Assembly: GCA_043771685.1 (NCBI GenBank)
Contig: JAYVGX010000034.1
Location: 11,690-75,689, forward strand
Origin: Minisyncoccota bacterium
GTDB taxonomy: Bacteria; Patescibacteriota; Minisyncoccia; Phycocordibacterales; UBA9973
Length of the DNA: 64,000 bases
Reading direction: 5' to 3'
The position numbers were made by a program, and so were the translations under genes. Positions 59,012 to 64,000 of this stretch are shown here, piece after piece (positions within the stretch are counted from its first letter, which is position 1; each line of letters begins with the position of its first letter). The notes under the pieces were generated by a model. The model did no database searches. It was not told the origin of the DNA and saw nothing but the letters and a program-made list of their open reading frames with translations.

Positions 59012-59704
59012 ATGGAATTTGAAAATCAAATATCAAATGCGGATCTAGTTTTAATTATTGATGAATCTCTTTCTAAAGAAGAAATAGACTATTTAGAAAA
59101 AATTGAAACAAAAAATGAAGGCATAATTAAATGTTTAGTTTTTGACAAAATGGTAAGTAAATTAGAAACATTACTTATATCTGACCTACTTTTACATAAC
59201 TTTAATCCAAAAAATACTTTGCTTGTTTATCCAGGAAATGGAGGTAAGGATATTATGGATAAGTTAGATTTAAGTTACACCCATCCTTCAACAAATGTAC
59301 CAGCAAAAAGATTGTGGCAACCAGGACAAGACCCTGTAGTTTGTACATGGGAAGTTTTACCAGAAAGACATATATTAACAAATATTGAAACTGTAGTAGT
59401 TATTGATGATGTTATAAGTTCTGGTAAAACAATAGAGCAATTGTATGTACGCAATATTTGGAAATTTCCAAAAGCAAAGTGGCATGCTTTATCTTTAGTC
59501 GGTAGACCCAAAAAAATAAAAGGATATGATTATCTGTATACCTTAAATTTAATTACAAATAGTAAATGCCCTGAGAAGAAAATTCCTATAAATTCAATAT
59601 CAACTTTTATAGAGGATAAGAAAATTTGTATAGATTATGCATTAAGAAATATTAAAAATCCTAATATTTTTATTGATTTTTTTGATTCTTTAAAAGACCA
59701 TTAA
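59012..59704 (+). CDS. Phosphoribosyltransferase-family protein
   Basis: VVVIDDVISSGKT PRPP-binding motif. Confidence 0.75.
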   Translation: MEFENQISNADLVLIIDESLSKEEIDYLEKIETKNEGIIKCLVFDKMVSKLETLLISDLLLHNFNPKNTLLVYPGNGGKDIMDKLDLSYTHPSTNVPAKRLWQPGQDPVVCTWEVLPERHILTNIETVVVIDDVISSGKTIEQLYVRNIWKFPKAKWHALSLVGRPKKIKGYDYLYTLNLITNSKCPEKKIPINSISTFIEDKKICIDYALRNIKNPNIFIDFFDSLKDH

Positions 59705-59709
59705 CAAAA

Positions 59710-59741
59710 AAAATCCCTCTCAATATATTGAGAGGGATTTT
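59710..59741 (+). terminator. Bidirectional-looking terminator
   Basis: AAAATCCCTCTCAAT-AT-ATTGAGAGGGATTTT. Confidence 0.75.
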
Positions 59742-59760
59742 ATTATTTTTTTATAAAAAA

Positions 59761-59788
59761 TTAGTACTTTAGTTAACTAAAGTACTAA
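59761..59788. promoter_or_regulatory. Perfect 28-bp palindrome matching the YerC/HisR-type box
   Basis: TTAGTACTTTAGTTAACTAAAGTACTAA; 21 of 22 positions identical to the box at 57839-57860. Confidence 0.7.
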
Positions 59789-59834
59789 GTAAAAAATAGC
59801 TGTATTTAAAATAAAGCAGGCTTGTCAAGTAGAA

Positions 59835-60287
59835 TTAAGCTTTTATTTTCAAAGCTAATTTAGCTAAAGTTTCATCATCGGCGCGTTTGTAGTCATGAGA
59901 GGAAATATAACCTTTGTATTGGTCAAAGTAGAGATCTGGACCACCACTGTGAATACGCCATTCTTCACCTTTTGTACCGTGCATTGGAAAAAGCTTGGCG
60001 TGGGCATGATTAACTCCAAAGCCTTCAAATATCATACCTGTACGTCCTACATCGTCTAGTTTATCGTCTAGTAACTTCCCTACTTTTTTAGCAACTATTA
60101 CTAAATCTGTTAATACTTTGTCGTCTAAATCAAAGGCGTAACTGTCATAATGTTTTTTGGGTATAACCACAGAAAAACCTTCGGTATTCGGAAAGATAGA
60201 AAGAAAAGCCAGATGATTTTCATCTTCGTATATTTTGTGGCTTGGCGCCTCCCCTTTTACAATTTTACAAAAAATGCAATCGTCCAT
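59835..60287 (-). CDS. HIT-family nucleotide hydrolase
   Basis: CIFCKIV, VVIPKKH, VNHAHAKL (variant HIT triad). Confidence 0.88.
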   Translation of the reverse strand: MDDCIFCKIVKGEAPSHKIYEDENHLAFLSIFPNTEGFSVVIPKKHYDSYAFDLDDKVLTDLVIVAKKVGKLLDDKLDDVGRTGMIFEGFGVNHAHAKLFPMHGTKGEEWRIHSGGPDLYFDQYKGYISSHDYKRADDETLAKLALKIKA

Positions 60288-60297
60288 AAAATTTAAA

Positions 60298-61686
60298 CTA
60301 TTTTTTGACTTGAATATTTAATTCTTGTAATTGAACATTTGTCATTGCACTCGGTGCTCCCATCATGAGATCACGCCCTTCACCTGTTTTTGGAAAAGCT
60401 ATAACTTCACGAATATTTGGTTCATTTTCTAGTAACATAACTATGCGATCTACTCCGACAGCACAACCACCGTGAGGAGGTGCACCGAACTCAAATGCAT
60501 GAAGCATATGTCCGAAACGAGCTTCAATCATTTCTTTTTCCATGCCTAGTATTTCAAATATTTTATTCTGTAAATCTCTTTGATGAATACGAATAGAACC
60601 ACCCCCGAGTTCATAACCGTTTAGCACTATGTCGTATGCATTCGCGCGCGCAGACAATGGGTCTGATTCTAGTAAATGTGCGTCCTCTGTTTTAGGAGAA
60701 GTAAATGGGTGATGAACTGCTTGGATGATACCATCTTTGGTTTTTTCAAACATAGGAAAGTCGACAACCCAACAGAAAGCAAGTAAATCTGGGTCTTCTT
60801 TATCATTACGTAAGTCTGGTTTCTCGTTGCCGTATTTTTCCATTGACTCAGCATAAGTTAAACGAGGGAAAGGAATCTCTTGGATTTTTTTATTTGGATA
60901 AACATTTTGCACCATTTCGATAAAAATCTTTTCTGTGTAAGCAATAATGTCTTCTTGTTCTATAAATGACATCTCGTAGTCAAGTTGTGTAAACTCTGGT
61001 TGGCGATCACCTCTTGTGTCTTCGTCACGCATACAACGAGCAATTTGAAAATACTTTTCGAAACCAGCAACCATCGCCAATTGTTTGAATTGTTGTGGTG
61101 ATTGAGGTAAGACATAGAAATTGCCAGGCTCGATACGTGAAGGTATAACATACTCACGAGAGCCTTCTGGTGTACCTTTTGTCATCATCGGTGTTTCGAT
61201 TTCGACAAAGTCACTGTCGTGCATGTAACTGCGGAAAAAAGTTATGATTTTATCACGCATACGGATATTTTTCTGTAGACGTTCTGAACGTAAATCCAAG
61301 TAACGGTATTTCATACGGATGTCTTCGCCAACTTCACGTGTATCAGTGTCTATTGGAAAAGGCATTGTTTCGGCTTTATTTAATACCTCTATCCCCGTTA
61401 TTTCCATCTCTATATCTCCATTGAGAACTCCTACTTTTATATTTCTTTCTGGGCGAGCATTTACTATGCCTGTGACTTTTAGCACCCACTCTGTGCGGAC
61501 TTCTTTAACTTGTTCTATTGCTTCCGTATGATTTGGAAGTACAACACCTTGAACCTTGCCAGTCATGTCGCGTATATCCATAAAAACCATCTTGCCTTGA
61601 TCGCGACGTACATCTACCCAACCACAAACAAAAACCTCTTCCCCAGCATGTTTATTCAAATCTTTAATATAAATTCTGTTTTTCAT
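60298..61686 (-). CDS. aspS: Aspartate--tRNA ligase (short form lacking the GAD insertion domain)
   Basis: [41 protein letters not shown]. Confidence 0.95.
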   Translation of the reverse strand: MKNRIYIKDLNKHAGEEVFVCGWVDVRRDQGKMVFMDIRDMTGKVQGVVLPNHTEAIEQVKEVRTEWVLKVTGIVNARPERNIKVGVLNGDIEMEITGIEVLNKAETMPFPIDTDTREVGEDIRMKYRYLDLRSERLQKNIRMRDKIITFFRSYMHDSDFVEIETPMMTKGTPEGSREYVIPSRIEPGNFYVLPQSPQQFKQLAMVAGFEKYFQIARCMRDEDTRGDRQPEFTQLDYEMSFIEQEDIIAYTEKIFIEMVQNVYPNKKIQEIPFPRLTYAESMEKYGNEKPDLRNDKEDPDLLAFCWVVDFPMFEKTKDGIIQAVHHPFTSPKTEDAHLLESDPLSARANAYDIVLNGYELGGGSIRIHQRDLQNKIFEILGMEKEMIEARFGHMLHAFEFGAPPHGGCAVGVDRIVMLLENEPNIREVIAFPKTGEGRDLMMGAPSAMTNVQLQELNIQVKK

Positions 61687-61725
61687 AAAATATTTTTTAA
61701 CTCGCGATAATACGGAGTAAGTTAA

Positions 61726-61938
61726 TTAATGTACAAGTTTCCCTAAAATTTCACACGGCTGTCCTATAATAAAACATAAAACTACAAGTATCCAATAAAA
61801 AGGAGCGAATGCATAAAACAATATCGGGTCTTTGTGTCGCAACGGTATGTACCATGCATGAACTTTCATATAGAGCATACTCAAAGGAATATTGATGATA
61901 TTTAGTATTATTAATAAAATCGAAGCTATGTATTTCAT
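61726..61938 (-). CDS. Small membrane protein
   Basis: Two hydrophobic segments, co-oriented between trpS and aspS. Confidence 0.6.
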   Translation of the reverse strand: MKYIASILLIILNIINIPLSMLYMKVHAWYIPLRHKDPILFYAFAPFYWILVVLCFIIGQPCEILGKLVH

Positions 61939-61943
61939 ATATT

Positions 61944-62999
61944 TTAAAAATAATTAATTTTTAATGCTTCTCTTACTTGTAACATTGTTTTCTCTGCATG
62001 AATACGAGCTTGTTTTGTACCATCTTCTAAAATTCTCATAACAGCATCTTTGTCTTTCTCTAATTCTTGTCTTTTATTACGAATCGGAGAAATAATATTT
62101 TCTAAAACTTCTATTAATCTCTTTTTGATCACAACATCACCGAGACCGCCTTTTTTATAATCTTGTTTCAACTTTTCTATCTCTTCTTTATTTTCATCAA
62201 AAATATCTAAATAAGTAAATACAACGTTGCCTTCAACTCTCCCAGGGTCATCTACATGAATATGATTTGGATCAGTGTACATAGACATAACTTTATCTTT
62301 TATTTCTTCATAACTATCTGAAAGATAAATGGCATTGTTTAGGGACTTACTCATTTTAGCATTACCATCAACTCCTACGAGACGTGGCGTATCACCAACG
62401 ACACCATTTATTTTTGGAAAAATATTTACATTATATATAGAGTTAAATTTCTTTACTATATCGTTTGCTTGTTCTATCACAGGCATCTGGTCTATCCCTA
62501 CTGGTACAGTGTTGGCACAACAGAACAAAATATCGGCAGCTTGCGAAATTGGATAATTTAAAAATCCCATAGGTATTCCTTTTTCAATACTATCTTCACT
62601 TTCATTTTCTTCTAAACGAGAATTTAAATTGAACCCTTTTTCCTTTGCTTCTGTTTTAATAGTCGGATTATGAGAGAGCTGTTGTAGAGTAACCAAGTTC
62701 ATGAATAGAACTGTCAGTTCTGCAATTTGTGGAACTTCACTTTGGATAAACATCGTAGTTTTTTTAGGATCAACACCACAAGCCAGATTATCGAGTACTA
62801 CTTCCAAAACATTGTCACGGATTTTTTGTGGGTTATTGGCATTGTCAGTGAGTCCTTGGATGTCAGCGATCATATAAAAAGATTTTGAAGCTTGATCTTG
62901 AAGTTTGATACGGTTACCGATTGAACCAACAAAATGACCCAAGTGGAGCCTGCCAGTTGGTCTGTCGCCTGTTAATACTATAGTTTCTTGATTTGACAT
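61944..62999 (-). CDS. trpS: Tryptophan--tRNA ligase
   Basis: TGDRPTGRLHLGH, YPISQAADI, VPVGIDQ, KMSKS. Start at MSNQET. Confidence 0.97.
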   Translation of the reverse strand: MSNQETIVLTGDRPTGRLHLGHFVGSIGNRIKLQDQASKSFYMIADIQGLTDNANNPQKIRDNVLEVVLDNLACGVDPKKTTMFIQSEVPQIAELTVLFMNLVTLQQLSHNPTIKTEAKEKGFNLNSRLEENESEDSIEKGIPMGFLNYPISQAADILFCCANTVPVGIDQMPVIEQANDIVKKFNSIYNVNIFPKINGVVGDTPRLVGVDGNAKMSKSLNNAIYLSDSYEEIKDKVMSMYTDPNHIHVDDPGRVEGNVVFTYLDIFDENKEEIEKLKQDYKKGGLGDVVIKKRLIEVLENIISPIRNKRQELEKDKDAVMRILEDGTKQARIHAEKTMLQVREALKINYF

Positions 63000-63099
63000 A
63001 CTTTTATAATACCAAAAAATTAGACTTTTGCACATATTACCAACAGTTTTGTCCTCTTTGCAATATAGGCAATATTTTTCTACGTGCTACAATAAAAAA

Positions 63100-64000
63100 A
63101 TGTCAGACAAAAAACTACACATTCGTATACCACCACAAAGCCTCGATTCAGAGAAAGCTGTTCTTGGTTCTATCATGCTACGCCCAGGAGCGCTACACGA
63201 GATCAACGACATAATAAGTTCTGATTCTTTTTATGCAACAAAACACGGAGACATCTACACTGCGATGGTGGAGTTATCTAGTCGTGGTGAACCTATAGAT
63301 ATTTTGTCCGTTTCAAATAAACTCACACTACAAGGCAAGCTCGATGCTATCGGTGGTGCAAGTTATTTAGGCGAATTAACAAACAGTGTTCCTGCCTCAA
63401 CAAATATAAAATACTACGCTGACTTGGTTATCAAAAAACATTTACTTAGAAAGATTGTTGATGCAGGGACAGATATTTCTGAACTTGGTTTCCGTGAAGA
63501 TATCGAAGACGTTTTTGAAGTCCTCGACCAAGCAGAAAAAAGAATGATGGGTATAAATAGCAATATGTCAGGGCATGCTTTTACATCATTGAAACAAAGT
63601 TTACCTGAAGCTTATGATCGTCTAGAAAAACTTCACGAAAAGAAAGGTGAACTTCGTGGTGTCCCAACTGGTTTCAAAGACCTCGATGCTTATTTATCTG
63701 GATTGCAAAAATCTGATTTGATTATTCTAGCTGCTCGTCCGTCTATGGGTAAGACAACACTGGCTCTCGACATCGCTCGTCAAGCAGCACTCACAAATGG
63801 AACACCAACTGTTATATTTTCTCTCGAAATGAGTACACAGCAACTAGTAGACAGATTGCTCGCTGCTCAATCAAAAGTAAATGCATGGTCACTTCGTACT
63901 GGAAACTTGCATTCAGAAAACGAATTTGCAAAGATACGTGACTCACTAGATAGTTTAGCGAAAGCTCCAATCTTCATAGACGATATGGCTGGTAACTCTA
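63100..64000 (+). CDS. dnaB: Replicative DNA helicase DnaB (truncated by the window end)
   Basis: PPQSLDSEKAVLGS, GVPTGFKDLD, LIILAARPSMGKT, FSLEM. Confidence 0.96.
   Translation, partial: MSDKKLHIRIPPQSLDSEKAVLGSIMLRPGALHEINDIISSDSFYATKHGDIYTAMVELSSRGEPIDILSVSNKLTLQGKLDAIGGASYLGELTNSVPASTNIKYYADLVIKKHLLRKIVDAGTDISELGFREDIEDVFEVLDQAEKRMMGINSNMSGHAFTSLKQSLPEAYDRLEKLHEKKGELRGVPTGFKDLDAYLSGLQKSDLIILAARPSMGKTTLALDIARQAALTNGTPTVIFSLEMSTQQLVDRLLAAQSKVNAWSLRTGNLHSENEFAKIRDSLDSLAKAPIFIDDMAGNS

Noticed and set aside
2941-63035. High density of aminoacyl-tRNA synthetases and shortened ValRS/AspRS as a novel system
   Set aside because: Expected in a small streamlined genome; the genes are dispersed and not co-organised.
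267-63214. Numerous 60-140-aa ORFs nested in or antisense to identified genes (e.g. 267-467, 1238-1459, 37826-38200, 48243-48659, 57794-58108, 62993-63214)
   Set aside because: Shadow frames of well-supported genes with no independent motifs.
1-64000. Genetic code 25 (UGA=Gly) for the whole window
   Set aside because: Long genes translate intact under code 11 using GGN Gly codons, only one internal TGA was found, and the deaminase ends plausibly at TGA.

Overview
AT-rich bacterial chromosome segment. Gene content and style suggest a Patescibacteria/CPR (Parcubacteria-like) genome; this is an inference from the shortened ValRS/AspRS, the archaeal-type Cmk, the tRNA-linked LAGLIDADG-like gene and the scattered murE/murG/ftsW/mraY/murJ. 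The backbone is translation and cell-envelope housekeeping: murE, cmk, tsaD, valS, lepA, murJ, leuS, tsaC, ychF, gltX, murG, ftsW, mraY, scpAB, aspS, trpS, dnaB, tRNA-Phe(GAA) and tRNA-Arg(CCT). Accessory blocks are: (i) a decaying hisS / CntK-like racemase-GNAT / D,D-dipeptidase / HAD / PRTase-like block (23.6-28.7 kb); (ii) a five-gene kinase-glycosyltransferase-NUDIX-nucleotidyltransferase plus adenosine deaminase cassette bounded by a duplicated ychF 5' end (30.4-34.8 kb); (iii) a cargo-loaded type I restriction-modification locus with HTH-HsdM, RhuM, an apparently dead IS200-TnpA-like fusion, a membrane protein, ClpS and RhuM-Fic (34.8-45.3 kb); (iv) a methionine-sulfoxide repair cassette; (v) a YerC/HisR-type regulator with operator palindromes. 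Short GC-rich palindromic elements are inserted in frame in tsaD and leuS, and tRNA-Phe is flanked by copies of its own ends. All calls come from motif recognition by eye; no database search was run.
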